From: a virus
Taxonomy: Duplodnaviria > Heunggongvirae > Uroviricota > Caudoviricetes
Virus record (IMG/VR): IMGVR_UViG_2541047798_000010
DNA: 43,320 nucleotides
Direction: 5' to 3' (one strand)
Shown: in pieces, positions 8,200-17,904 of the stretch
Numbering within the stretch: position 1 is the first letter of the stretch
Layout of the letters: the number at the start of each line of letters is the position of its first letter
The notes under the pieces: model-generated
The model's input: the letters and a program-made list of their open reading frames with translations, nothing else
Database searches by the model: none
What the model was told of the DNA's origin: nothing
Made by a program: the position numbers and the translations under genes

Positions 8200-8739
8200 G
8201 TGTTAAGTGAAGAAATGCAATTTGCCATGGCTGTGGCTCAAATCGTAAGTGCAGTCGCGGTTTCGCTTGGCTTGTTCATAGCTATCGCTACTATTATTTA
8301 TAATGTAAATACAGCGAGAAAAGTACACACTTCAGTATTCCTTGGTGAAAGCAGGTTTGATGTAGATTATAAGAAAGGCCTATCTACTATGCGCCGCATT
8401 CACGAGTCGAACAAATCATTCCGCTCTTATATGTATCCAAGCAATGGGCAGGCTGATCTTACGGATGAAGAAAAGATAGAGAAGAGAGAAATAATTTACT
8501 GTCTAGGTTTCTACGAACGCATGGCTGTGAGCGTGAAGCGGAAAACTTATGATGAGACCATGATTAAGGAAGTATTTTACAGCTCCGTTGTAAATAACTA
8601 TCAGATTGCGCTACCTCTTATACAAGCTATTAGAGAAAAAGAAAACATAAACACATATTTTAAAGAATATGAATGGTTAGCCACACGATGGAAGGATTGT
8701 CCATTGAAGGACAAATCCCCGTGGTACAAGTTTTGGTAA
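8200..8739 (+). CDS. Membrane-anchored protein of unknown function; AT-rich cargo between the inverted ant genes (candidate superinfection-exclusion or abortive-infection protein)
   Basis: 179-aa ORF with GTG start at 8200 (GGAG 7 nt upstream) or ATG 8215; single N-terminal TM helix; markedly AT-rich; 3 of the first 8 Arg codons are AGA/AGG; followed by a strong terminator. Confidence 0.6.
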   Translation: MLSEEMQFAMAVAQIVSAVAVSLGLFIAIATIIYNVNTARKVHTSVFLGESRFDVDYKKGLSTMRRIHESNKSFRSYMYPSNGQADLTDEEKIEKREIIYCLGFYERMAVSVKRKTYDETMIKEVFYSSVVNNYQIALPLIQAIREKENINTYFKEYEWLATRWKDCPLKDKSPWYKFW

Positions 8740-8762
8740 GCCCGCAGCGCGGGCTTTTTTGT
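8740..8762 (+). terminator. Rho-independent terminator after the cargo gene
   Basis: GCCCGC-AGC-GCGGGC followed by TTTTTTGT directly after the TAA stop. Confidence 0.7.
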
Positions 8763-8832
8763 GGACGAAACAAAAGTCAGTGCTACACTCATTGACGCCA
8801 CATTGAGGTGGCTTATAGATGGAAATTTCACA

Positions 8833-8994
8833 ATGAAAAAAGCATTTGCTGCACTGTTCGTTTTGTTGTCTCTGGTAGCTTCAACTCAGGCCTTTGCCGG
8901 TCGTTGTCAGCACGACAGCGACACTGCTGCTGACGGCTCCCGCTGCGGTGGGCGTTCTGCGGATTCCCGCCCTGGCGGCGGTGGCATTCGTTAA
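8833..8994 (+). CDS. Possible small secreted Gly-rich peptide (53 aa); weak call
   Basis: Internal ATG of track ORF 8761-8994; predicted signal peptide MKKAFAALFVLLSLVASTQAFA; no convincing RBS. Confidence 0.3.
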   Translation: MKKAFAALFVLLSLVASTQAFAGRCQHDSDTAADGSRCGGRSADSRPGGGGIR

Positions 8995-9017
8995 AAACAA
9001 GGCCGCGAAAGCGGCCT
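8991..9017 (-). terminator. Rho-independent terminator for ant2
   Basis: Minus-strand stem GGCCGC-TTTC-GCGGCC followed by TTGTTTTTAA, about 50 bp downstream of the ant2 stop. Confidence 0.55.
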
Positions 9018-9018
9018 G

Positions 9019-9030
9019 TGACATGTCACG
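9019..9030. repeat. 12-bp perfect palindrome GTGACATGTCAC (copy 1 of 3)
   Basis: Exact 12-mer also at 28175-28186 and 30629-30640. Confidence 0.6.
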
Positions 9031-9044
9031 ATAGTTTCGTTTTG

Positions 9045-9470
9045 CACATCCCTGTGCCGCCGTTCTGTCAGAAGAACCCTGCTTTGTCGTTGATATACTC
9101 CGCGTGGGTCTGGATATCACGCAGGCATTTGCTCACACCGACGATGTAGCAGAACATGGTGGTCAGCTCCGCCGCCGCGCCCGATACGTCGTGCCCGTCG
9201 TCCTGTAACTGGTTCAGCAGATTCATCAGCAGTGAGTTCTCCGTCAGGCCGAGAACACCAGACGGAGAATGAATCAGGCTGCGGTAGCCGGGCTTCAGCG
9301 GGGCACTGTAGATTTTGTTCTCTATCTTCATCGCCTGCATTACTGCTGACGCCGTGGCGTTGGCTACCTGGTCGGCAACCATCTTTATGCGTTCTTCCTG
9401 CGGGAGCGAGTTTTTAATGTAACTTCCGGTGCGGCGGATCTGAGGAAGTACTTCGCCTGTAACCCATTCA
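9045..9470. repeat. Right arm of the near-identical inverted repeat (3-prime half of ant2)
   Basis: Reverse complement matches 7585-8010. Confidence 0.8.
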
Positions 9471-9760
9471 AGAAATCTGAATGCTCTCGTTCCCTCAGTC
9501 ATTGCCTCTTTGCAACGCAGAATAAGGATGTAGAGACCTGATTCTGAAACGATGGATAGTTCTTGTATTCCACCAGGGGTCTGTATTGAATACAGCCCCT
9601 TTTTGTTCCAGCCTTTTTTATCAAGTTTTCTCGCTTGTGTAACATCAATATTCAAAGCATTGCACACATCTTTGGTGACAAACCAAGGTTCTCCGTCAAT
9701 CATGAACATACGGATCTGGCAGGATGACTCAAAGGAAAAGATGGAAGGTTTGGTATTCAT
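9068..9760 (-). CDS. Antirepressor paralog 2 (Bro-N-like N-terminal domain plus shared C-terminal effector domain), inverted relative to paralog 1
   Basis: 230 aa from ATG 9760 (RBS AGGTGA); N-terminal domain diverged from paralog 1, C-terminal about 130 aa near-identical. Confidence 0.8.
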   Translation of the reverse strand: MNTKPSIFSFESSCQIRMFMIDGEPWFVTKDVCNALNIDVTQARKLDKKGWNKKGLYSIQTPGGIQELSIVSESGLYILILRCKEAMTEGTRAFRFLEWVTGEVLPQIRRTGSYIKNSLPQEERIKMVADQVANATASAVMQAMKIENKIYSAPLKPGYRSLIHSPSGVLGLTENSLLMNLLNQLQDDGHDVSGAAAELTTMFCYIVGVSKCLRDIQTHAEYINDKAGFF

Positions 9761-10027
9761 GGCGATCACCTTTGTAGTTAGGTTAATCACCACCGCTGAG
9801 ACCAATCAGATGGTGGTGAACTGTGCAGAGTTGGTCTTACCGGCTACAAAGGAACCCGGCGCACCTTTCGGTGCCCCCACACAGCCCACCATAGAATAGG
9901 TGCGCTTTACACATAAAAAAACCGCTTATGCGGCATATGTGCCTCTGTAGTAATCCGGGAGACCAATCCCGGCACTGGATTTTGCCAGTGCCTGATTACT
10001 ATGGCACAAGAGGAGTGCGATGTAAAT

Positions 10028-10042
10028 TTACCGCAAAGGTAA
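10028..10042. promoter_or_regulatory. Operator-type palindrome TTACC-N5-GGTAA at the outer edge of the right ant arm
   Basis: TTACCGCAAAGGTAA; mirror of the 6989 copy, with the same downstream stem-loops and terminator in inverted orientation. Confidence 0.6.
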
Positions 10043-10065
10043 TGATAAACGCTAAGAAATATTAA

Positions 10066-10084
10066 AATCAACCATATTTGGTTA
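10066..10084. promoter_or_regulatory. Second palindromic motif ATCAACCAnATTTGGTTA (AACCA-N4-TGGTT), copy 1
   Basis: AATCAACCATATTTGGTTA; near-identical element at 36927-36945; degenerate AACCACATA versions at 6569, 27150 and 34987, each next to an operator-type site. Confidence 0.35.
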
Positions 10085-10189
10085 ATGCGTATAAAAGAGC
10101 CAGCAGCGAGAAATTGTGCCGCGACGTAAAATAACGAGCATCTGCTGGCTTACAACCAGCGATGTTTCAAATTTGTCACTATTATCAAC

Positions 10190-10543
10190 GTGCCATTCCA
10201 CGGCGCAGAGCTTTATGTTGTCAATCATAACGGCGAACCATACACCCCAATGAAACCTATCGTTGAAGGCATGGGTATGGATTGGGCTTCACAGTTTACG
10301 AAAATGAAGCAGCGGTTTAAAACCTGCATTGTGAAAATCACAATGCAGCTTCCTGGGGATGAACAGCGCCGTGAGATTATTTGTTTGGCACTTCGCAAAC
10401 TTGCTGGCTGGTTGCAAACCATCAGCCCTAACAAAGTCCGCCCTGAAATCCGCGAAAGTATTGAAACATCAACCGTATCGATATCGACACGGTTGATTAT
10501 GACGGTAACTTATTTCCGTGTGTCCTATTTCTCCCGCCACTAA
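10190..10543 (+). pseudogene. Possible gene remnant; ORF with GTG start and no RBS
   Basis: 117-aa track ORF; normal GC content, no ribosome-binding site, ends directly against the minus-strand AT-rich gene. Confidence 0.25.
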
Positions 10544-10840
10544 CTAATTATATTTGTCTTTAAAAATTTCATGGAATGATTGAGAGTAAGACTTGCCATA
10601 CTTCAAATAACATTCTTCATCCAACTTTCTTAATGAACTTCGAACCTGTTCGTGGCATACAGCAAAAAAAACAAGTCCGCCGCCTATTAATACCCCTATT
10701 GATATTGGGTTCGCAACATCCCATAAAAAATCGGCTAACAGAGCAAATACCCCACCGCCGCCAATAAATGCCCCTATAGCTCGGTTCGTTTTAGCTTGCT
10801 CATAGCGTCTCTCTAACTCACTAAACTCTTTAATATCCAT
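10544..10840 (-). CDS. Small two-TM membrane protein, AT-rich moron
   Basis: 98 aa from ATG 10840; two Gly-rich hydrophobic helices (GAFIGGGGVFALLADFLW and ISIGVLIGGGLVFFAV) with charged termini; low GC. Confidence 0.55.
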   Translation of the reverse strand: MDIKEFSELERRYEQAKTNRAIGAFIGGGGVFALLADFLWDVANPISIGVLIGGGLVFFAVCHEQVRSSLRKLDEECYLKYGKSYSQSFHEIFKDKYN

Positions 10841-10917
10841 ATAAGCACCTCTATAAAATTACTTCATCACCGGATCCACCTGGTTTATTAGTGGCGCAAT
10901 CCAGAACAGATGTTTTA

Positions 10918-11766
10918 TTATTGTGAAGTTTTCATTGCACGATTTTCAGCTCTGAATTCAAGAACCGTTTCAATATTTCTTTCCTTCAGCATATCCATAA
11001 CATTTTTATTCATTTGACTATCACTGGTTAATAACTGATAAACGTTTCTTTTCTCTTTATCAGAATTTTCTTTAACAGCTGATTTGCATGACAAATGCTT
11101 ATTGAAATTTTCTACATCGCTAGTACATGAATTTACGGCTGCGGATGAAATATCAGACGCTGAAGAAACACCGTCATCTAAACGTTTTATAGCATTTTCT
11201 ATACATGAGTTAAGGGAATAAACGACAACTGAGCGATACCCTTCAGACGCACACCATTCTAAATTTCTTGAAGGATCGAGTGGTTTTACTTCGCTGGATT
11301 GAATTAACTTGTCAAACACTGACTTATATTCAATCTGTTTTTTATCTATAGCCCATACCTCAGTAGCTGATTTATAATGCCCAGTATGCTTATTAACATC
11401 AAACCCATGTTTTATAAGCAAATCTGCCCATGAAAGATTTATTGATTCATTGTTATGAGGCCATTTCCCTGTCAGAACCGCCCCCATAGACCCCATATAT
11501 CCGCCATATGATGGTATAGCACCATGGCTCAATAACTTCTCAGCAACCACAGGGCAATTAATTACATAGGAGGCGTAAAGCCCATTCCATAAAGCCCCTC
11601 TATAGTAATCGCCGCGATTAGGTTCTTTTAAGTCGATAGCCTTTGATAATTGTTCACACGTTTTGCATGCATCAAAGTTATCCTTATTGCATTGCAATGA
11701 ACTGGCGGCTGTAGGATTTACAGCGACTATTGAAAGCACAATGCCAAACAAATTTATTTTTTTCAT
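10918..11766 (-). CDS. Secreted Cys-rich protein of unknown function, AT-rich moron (possible degenerate ankyrin-like repeats)
   Basis: 282 aa from ATG 11766; N-terminal signal peptide MKKINLFGIVLSIVAVNPTAASS; many Cys; segments such as ADLLIKHGFDVNKH resemble ankyrin repeat ends; low GC. Confidence 0.6.
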   Translation of the reverse strand: MKKINLFGIVLSIVAVNPTAASSLQCNKDNFDACKTCEQLSKAIDLKEPNRGDYYRGALWNGLYASYVINCPVVAEKLLSHGAIPSYGGYMGSMGAVLTGKWPHNNESINLSWADLLIKHGFDVNKHTGHYKSATEVWAIDKKQIEYKSVFDKLIQSSEVKPLDPSRNLEWCASEGYRSVVVYSLNSCIENAIKRLDDGVSSASDISSAAVNSCTSDVENFNKHLSCKSAVKENSDKEKRNVYQLLTSDSQMNKNVMDMLKERNIETVLEFRAENRAMKTSQ

Positions 11767-11767
11767 C

Positions 11768-14700
11768 CTATTTCATCTGCTCTTCAACTTTATTCAGTAA
11801 TGGTGATATCGCCCACAGGTTCTGAAAAGGTAGCATTTTACGGACCGCGTGGGTTTGCTGGCTGTCAAATTCTCCGTTAAGTACACCATTCGCAACCGTC
11901 GCGGCATCACCGCCAAGATCAAAGGTAGGACCAAGTAAAGCACCAATAGCATTACGACTCTGAAACCTTGATACCGGAGGCGCACCAAACATCGCGCCAA
12001 GACCAAACCTACCGCCGCTTATGTTCTCAACGGTATTCAGCGGCTCAGAGAGCCAGCCAAGCATTCCACCCCGGTCGATCCCCTCTTTCACAAGGTTATT
12101 CCAGCTGTAGTCGATATCGCGACCGCTTAACTTCTGTTTCATCATATAGACCATTGAGCCAAGCGCAATCGTGCCAAGCGCACCAAGATAGAATGCAGCA
12201 TCGCCCTGCTGGATACCAGATACCAGCACCCTGTTATGCTGTGCGAAGATAAACGTTTTGAACTGCGTGATCATCTTCCAGCCTTCTTTACTAAAAAACA
12301 GCGGTGTATCACCTACGCCAGGCGTTACAATCACTGAGTCTACATCTTTCAGCACTGCAGACTGGAAAATCTCTCTAGCGAAACGGTCATCCCACAGATG
12401 ACTATGCCCGGTTAACAGCCCGTCCATATCCTCTCCGTGCTTCCCGAATTGCTCCCCGATTCGGCGCAGAACATCTTCATTGATGCCGACCTGTGCCATC
12501 TTCCGCATTTCACTTTTGGAGAGCGTGCCACCAGCAGAAACTTGGCGAGCCGCGTCAAGTATCCTCGACTGCACTATCATCCCAGACCATGATTTAAGTG
12601 CGCTGTTCCACTGATTCATCAGCGTCCAGTTACCGAATTTCTGCGTCATCCAGTTCAGACCTCGCTCAGCGGCGCTTCTCCGGCTATAGGGGTCAGTAAG
12701 ATCCGCTATAGCCTTTGTACGCGTAGACAGGACATAATCAAGCCCAACTGCCATTTCTCGCAAATCCCTGGTTGCAATTTTCACTGAGTCCATATTTTTA
12801 AGCATGCTTACCATTGGTCCGAGAGATTTTCTCAGGCCATGCTGCATCATCGGTCGCATCAGATCAGTTGCAGCGGAGACGGTCATTCCACCAAGCAAAC
12901 GGAGGAAGTTAATATTCCTAGCAACTCGCCCGGCACGAACAAAGAAACTGCGTGGATCTTGAGGTGCACCGTAAGTACCAAGCAGTCGATCACGCATAGC
13001 CGTAATATCCCTAATATCAGCCTCCCGTTGCTTCTCAAGAACTGCACGTCGTTTAGGTGTTTTAGCCTCTTTTATTAGCCTGGTATATTCCTCACTAACC
13101 TGACGGATTTGCTCCCCCATATCTTTACGGCCAAACTGCGCAGTCAGCTCAATTTCTGGTGCCACCTGCCGGAGATAACTTTCCATGATGTAGTTAACAT
13201 CTGATTCAAGAAAATCTTCTATACGCTCATCAGGAATAAGCAGCGTTCGGCTTTTAGTGAAACCAGCCCGACCAACGAGTCTCTCTGGGATAATATCGGC
13301 TGGTACAAGCCCGGAAGGTGCGCCTATTATTTTATTCACGATCTCGTCAGCAGCGTCCTCTGCTTCCTCTCGGGATAGAGGCTCCATCTGCTTCAGTGCT
13401 CGCTCGCGGCTTGCATTCAGCCTTGTGGTTGAATTTGCCCGTTTTTGCAGTCGGCGAAGCTCAGAACGATATTTCCGTGGATTATCCAGCAACTCCATAT
13501 GGCGCTGATAGACAGGAAGCTCACTCTTTGCCTGCGCTATATCATCAAGGCGTGTTTTAAGGTCAGAGCTTTCTTTCATCATTCTTGCCTGAAGTTTTTC
13601 TGATGAAGTCTCGGCCAACTCTTTTTCTATTCTTGTAAGACGCGCCTGTGTGTCAGTCTCCTGAGATATAAGCTTATTTCGTTTATCCAGTTCTTCCATG
13701 AGTAGAATTTTTTTACCAGACCATTTCTCCGCTTCAGCGATTTCACTAGCGAGAGCATCAGCGCGCGGTGCTGATTCCTCTGCAGTTTTTAGCAATGAAT
13801 TTATCTTTTCAATTCGCTGACCTGCTTTGTCAGCACCTTTGGCACTAATCCCTTGTATCCAGTTGGCAATTCGCCCTCTGAATTCAGTGCGGTCGGAAAG
13901 TATCTTATCGAACTTATAAATGCGGGGAAGATAACTCTTCGCCGTCACGACATCGATATCCTCAGGAAGGATCCCCAATTCCTGCATACGGGCTTTTGTG
14001 GTCTCAAAAATGGGGCGGATTCTGGCGGCTGCTTGTGAAACCTCAGGAATATCACTCTGATCACCACGGCGCATAGCCATGCCAACAGCTTCATTGAAAT
14101 CAATAAAGTTCATCCTCTTCACGCCGCGGGCGCTGACAGATTTGCTGTACTGCTGGTAAGCATCACGAGTAGCTTCCATCTGCTTATAAAGCATGGCGTC
14201 GTATTGCTTAATCTTAGTCTCGACTGCCGTAAACGTAGCCAACCCCTCATCATTTTTGGCGAAGAAATAGTTATTTTCGGCAAGCTGCTGGTTAATCTGA
14301 CGGGAAACAAGAGATGGTGATTGCGCCAAGCGGCCAGCAGGAGTGACACTCAACGTTTTGTTAGCAAGTCCAAGTCCAGCAAGCTGTTCCTGATCGAGTG
14401 TGGTATTGAAAACCTGAGCTGCACCAATGCTTTGAGGAGAATCCATACCTCGCAAATGATTACCTACTGAGTTAACCACTGCCTCGCGCGCGCTAGGTCC
14501 AGCAAGTAGCTGTGCACCAGCACCAAGGATCCCACCAACGAGAGCATCAACAACAACGTTCGATACGCTCTCCATCGGTGAGCGAGCTTCCTGAGTGGCC
14601 TGCAATGCGGCCTCTGAAGCAACACTGCCAGCAGCATTGGCTAAAGCAAAACGTCCGGCTGTTTCTGCAATACGACCGCCACGAACGACAGCGCCGAACG

Positions 14701-15157
14701 GAATAAACATAGAAATCGCATTGAATGGATCTGCTAATCTCATTGCTACAGAAGAGACTGTACCAGCAAATCCCAAGCCTGAATTGTATTCCATGTCAGC
14801 TCTCTGCTGATCGATTCGATGTTTAATTGCCATTGTTTCTTCATGCGAACCGGAGTTGATAAACGAATCTGCAAAATCTTCATAGCCTTTAATATCTGCT
14901 GCATCGTTATCAAATGGGTTATATCCTTCAACCCTGTCAAACTGACTGAAAGGAGCACTGGCAATAAAGCTACCCAGCGTGTTATCTATACGAAATGCTG
15001 CTTGTCTAGACCTTTGAACGCGTTGATCACTGGTAAATGGGTTCACAGCAGAAAGCAAAGAAGGTGTTTCCATATAGAAATTACTGTCATCAGGTGCTGC
15101 TATTTGCTGAATACCCTCGCCAAGCAACTCTTTAGGATCCTGTTCATATATCGGCAT
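11768..15157 (-). CDS. Large internal virion / DNA-ejection protein (T7 gp16-like position and size)
   Basis: 1129 aa; coiled-coil-rich; start ATG overlaps the upstream stop (TAATG); last gene of the tail/core module. Confidence 0.6.
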   Translation of the reverse strand: MPIYEQDPKELLGEGIQQIAAPDDSNFYMETPSLLSAVNPFTSDQRVQRSRQAAFRIDNTLGSFIASAPFSQFDRVEGYNPFDNDAADIKGYEDFADSFINSGSHEETMAIKHRIDQQRADMEYNSGLGFAGTVSSVAMRLADPFNAISMFIPFGAVVRGGRIAETAGRFALANAAGSVASEAALQATQEARSPMESVSNVVVDALVGGILGAGAQLLAGPSAREAVVNSVGNHLRGMDSPQSIGAAQVFNTTLDQEQLAGLGLANKTLSVTPAGRLAQSPSLVSRQINQQLAENNYFFAKNDEGLATFTAVETKIKQYDAMLYKQMEATRDAYQQYSKSVSARGVKRMNFIDFNEAVGMAMRRGDQSDIPEVSQAAARIRPIFETTKARMQELGILPEDIDVVTAKSYLPRIYKFDKILSDRTEFRGRIANWIQGISAKGADKAGQRIEKINSLLKTAEESAPRADALASEIAEAEKWSGKKILLMEELDKRNKLISQETDTQARLTRIEKELAETSSEKLQARMMKESSDLKTRLDDIAQAKSELPVYQRHMELLDNPRKYRSELRRLQKRANSTTRLNASRERALKQMEPLSREEAEDAADEIVNKIIGAPSGLVPADIIPERLVGRAGFTKSRTLLIPDERIEDFLESDVNYIMESYLRQVAPEIELTAQFGRKDMGEQIRQVSEEYTRLIKEAKTPKRRAVLEKQREADIRDITAMRDRLLGTYGAPQDPRSFFVRAGRVARNINFLRLLGGMTVSAATDLMRPMMQHGLRKSLGPMVSMLKNMDSVKIATRDLREMAVGLDYVLSTRTKAIADLTDPYSRRSAAERGLNWMTQKFGNWTLMNQWNSALKSWSGMIVQSRILDAARQVSAGGTLSKSEMRKMAQVGINEDVLRRIGEQFGKHGEDMDGLLTGHSHLWDDRFAREIFQSAVLKDVDSVIVTPGVGDTPLFFSKEGWKMITQFKTFIFAQHNRVLVSGIQQGDAAFYLGALGTIALGSMVYMMKQKLSGRDIDYSWNNLVKEGIDRGGMLGWLSEPLNTVENISGGRFGLGAMFGAPPVSRFQSRNAIGALLGPTFDLGGDAATVANGVLNGEFDSQQTHAVRKMLPFQNLWAISPLLNKVEEQMK

Positions 15158-17904
15158 TATTTGCCCCCTGCGTATATATTGCTCGGAAGGTAATTGGCTG
15201 AACCATAACCGAATGGTTTTGTCAGATCTGGAGGAGTATATCCATCTTTATTGCTGAACTGCGGCAGCGGATTGCCTTCTCTCCGCACTCTAGCCTCATC
15301 AACACGCTGTTGCTGGAACTGAATGGTTTGCCTGTACATTGGAGATGTCAGCTGATCCGGCTTGAAACGAACAGGGAGACCATTTTCTCCAATATAATTT
15401 CTCGGTTCTATCGCTCCGTTTGCGTCAGGCTGTAAAACCATAACAGCATAACTCCTATCCCTTGCCGTAAGGCCATCAGAAACAAGTATTAAGTCCGTAT
15501 CACTGCGAGGACCGCCAAAGGATTTTGATTTAAGCTCGCGTTTTTCCTGCTCCCACTGCCCCTGTATCCAGTTACCAGCACCATTATTTACTCCGTACAA
15601 TGCCTCAGGTGCATACTTCATAACCTCTGCTTTGCCATTAACTGTAGAAACTCCCCAGGTGGTTCTGATCATGGCATTGGTCATTTTCTCAGCCTGTTCT
15701 GCATCGCCACCTGTCTGTACAAAGTTAGCATCGTAAATTGTCTGGTAATCTCGCTGATAGGCCGCATTTGATTTTCCTGGATCGGTAATATCCGGAGACC
15801 ACGAACCAAAGGAAGTCAGACTGCTGGCGTTATTTTGTGCAGCAGTTGCCCTCGCCGCGACATATTTTTTGTCTCGCATGGCAGTGGAAAGCATCTGTTT
15901 CATTCGGTCATCCTGTTGGAACACCTGGCTGTAAGCCATATCAACAGCCTTATCCTCCGGCACGCCAGCGCGGGAATAATCGTAAACCTTGCCGTAAAAT
16001 GCCATCGTACTTTTATCAAGTGTTGCCGCTGCCGCCGGATTATTATCAAATAACTGACCGTAGAATTTTGCCATCGGGACAACCAGCGCAGGATCTCTTG
16101 ATGTTGCTCCACTGTTAAGCATTGTTTTAACCTGAGTTGGTATCATGCCGCTTTTAGTTGTGACGGTGACCAGTGTATTGATGCTCTGCGGATCAGATAT
16201 GGAAAACGAAGGCGCGATATCCTGCGCGAAATAACGGTCTACCGCTGCCTGATTGTTTTTGTCGTTCGGGTCCAGCGGGAAGTTATTTTGCATTGAAGAC
16301 ACGAACCTGTTTCTTCCCTGCTGAATCTCCCACTCCCTATCCATCTCTTTAAATTTGGCCTGCATTTTCTCCCAGCGTTGCTGGTTAGCTGCAAATCCAG
16401 GAGCGTTTGGATCCTGTGGACGTAAACGTTCAAGAATGTCTTGTCGTCCTTCTGGAGTGAGGTCTTTAGCGGCACCAATGACACCTCCATATTGTATCTG
16501 CGCCTGCATATCCTTCCACTTCATAGCGCCAATGCGCGGACCATTGGCCCGGATAAAATCGTCCTCAGAAGGTAACGTCTCAGGTTTCAATCCTTCATCA
16601 AGGGCTGAATATGCATCTTTAACTACGGTGCTAAGCTGGTCCGCATACTGCTGGCGGTACTGATTTCTCAGCTCATTAGCCTGCCTCAATGCCTGTATTT
16701 GCATTTGAGGGCTCATAGCGTCAAATGCCGCATTGCCCGTATAACGCTTAGGTGAATCAAGGTTAGTTAGACCAAGGGATGCCGAGATACCAGTTTCAAG
16801 CTGTTCGGTGCTATAAGGCATACTGCCATTTTCGTGTTTAATAATCCCAGCACATAAAGCAGCTAGTGTCTTTGGGTTAGAGATATCAAGCTGATCATTC
16901 TCCCCAACACCAAGCTCACTACACAATGCCCTAATATAAGCATCAGTATTATTACCATCACTAGCCGGAGCATAGCGATTAACAATCTCGCTAACGGTGT
17001 CATAGCCTTGACGCTGGTAAGACAACATATTTTTACCCAACGCGCGGATTCCATGCTCAGGGGTAGCAAACGTTGCAAAACGTCCATCGCTACCGATCTG
17101 ACCTTCCCACGGGTTAGATTTGCTCGCTTCAATATTACCAGGGTTATTATTACGTAAACCACGAGCATCCAATGAATTACCATGTGATATTGCACGACTC
17201 ACACCATCAAGATCCCCTGGCTCTCCATTAACCTGAAGAAACTCGTTGTATTTTTGAGCGATATTTCCTATCCATGCTTGCTGCCCCATTTGTTCCTTGA
17301 GCTGAGTTTTCTGCTGAACACGCCACCCATCAGGAAGCCCATGTGCATCAGCGTATTGATCAATAGATTCAAATCGCTGCTTGGCTAAATCGACAAATGC
17401 TTGGTTATCGCTATATAGCCCCGCAGACTGAGTGACAGCCAATGCATTTCCTGACAAATACGTTTGATCTTGGAATTGCTGAAACTGCCCAACTTCATAT
17501 CGACGTGCCTGATTGTAATAAGACTGCATAGACTGCTGGAGTTGAAAGGATAATTTATTCCTTTCCTCACTTTCAGGAATTGAGCCTAATAATGCCTGAG
17601 CCCTTTCCTGCATATTTTTCATAACAGCGTCACTCTGACCAAGAGCGTTTTTACCCTGTTTAGAAATCAGCCCATTTTCAGGGTTGTTAATCTGGTCATC
17701 TGCAAATTGGTTAAATTGCAGTAACGCCTCCTGGGCCATAGCAACATTCGCTTTCTGCCTGGCTTCACCATATGCCACCGCATACTGATCTGCGACATTC
17801 GCCAGCACCTGACCTGCTTGAGGAACATCGAAGGTCTGAAAACCACCGGTTTGCACACCACGACTTTGCACCTGGCGTCCGGATGTAGTAGGAACAACAG
17901 GCAT
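15157..17904 (-). CDS. Internal virion protein with peptidoglycan-hydrolase-like segment (T7 gp15-like position)
   Basis: 915 aa; segment LRNNNPGNIEASKSNPWEGQIGSDGRFATFATPEHGIRALGKNML typical of phage virion-associated cell-wall hydrolase domains; ATGA overlap with upstream gene. Confidence 0.55.
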   Translation of the reverse strand: MPVVPTTSGRQVQSRGVQTGGFQTFDVPQAGQVLANVADQYAVAYGEARQKANVAMAQEALLQFNQFADDQINNPENGLISKQGKNALGQSDAVMKNMQERAQALLGSIPESEERNKLSFQLQQSMQSYYNQARRYEVGQFQQFQDQTYLSGNALAVTQSAGLYSDNQAFVDLAKQRFESIDQYADAHGLPDGWRVQQKTQLKEQMGQQAWIGNIAQKYNEFLQVNGEPGDLDGVSRAISHGNSLDARGLRNNNPGNIEASKSNPWEGQIGSDGRFATFATPEHGIRALGKNMLSYQRQGYDTVSEIVNRYAPASDGNNTDAYIRALCSELGVGENDQLDISNPKTLAALCAGIIKHENGSMPYSTEQLETGISASLGLTNLDSPKRYTGNAAFDAMSPQMQIQALRQANELRNQYRQQYADQLSTVVKDAYSALDEGLKPETLPSEDDFIRANGPRIGAMKWKDMQAQIQYGGVIGAAKDLTPEGRQDILERLRPQDPNAPGFAANQQRWEKMQAKFKEMDREWEIQQGRNRFVSSMQNNFPLDPNDKNNQAAVDRYFAQDIAPSFSISDPQSINTLVTVTTKSGMIPTQVKTMLNSGATSRDPALVVPMAKFYGQLFDNNPAAAATLDKSTMAFYGKVYDYSRAGVPEDKAVDMAYSQVFQQDDRMKQMLSTAMRDKKYVAARATAAQNNASSLTSFGSWSPDITDPGKSNAAYQRDYQTIYDANFVQTGGDAEQAEKMTNAMIRTTWGVSTVNGKAEVMKYAPEALYGVNNGAGNWIQGQWEQEKRELKSKSFGGPRSDTDLILVSDGLTARDRSYAVMVLQPDANGAIEPRNYIGENGLPVRFKPDQLTSPMYRQTIQFQQQRVDEARVRREGNPLPQFSNKDGYTPPDLTKPFGYGSANYLPSNIYAGGK

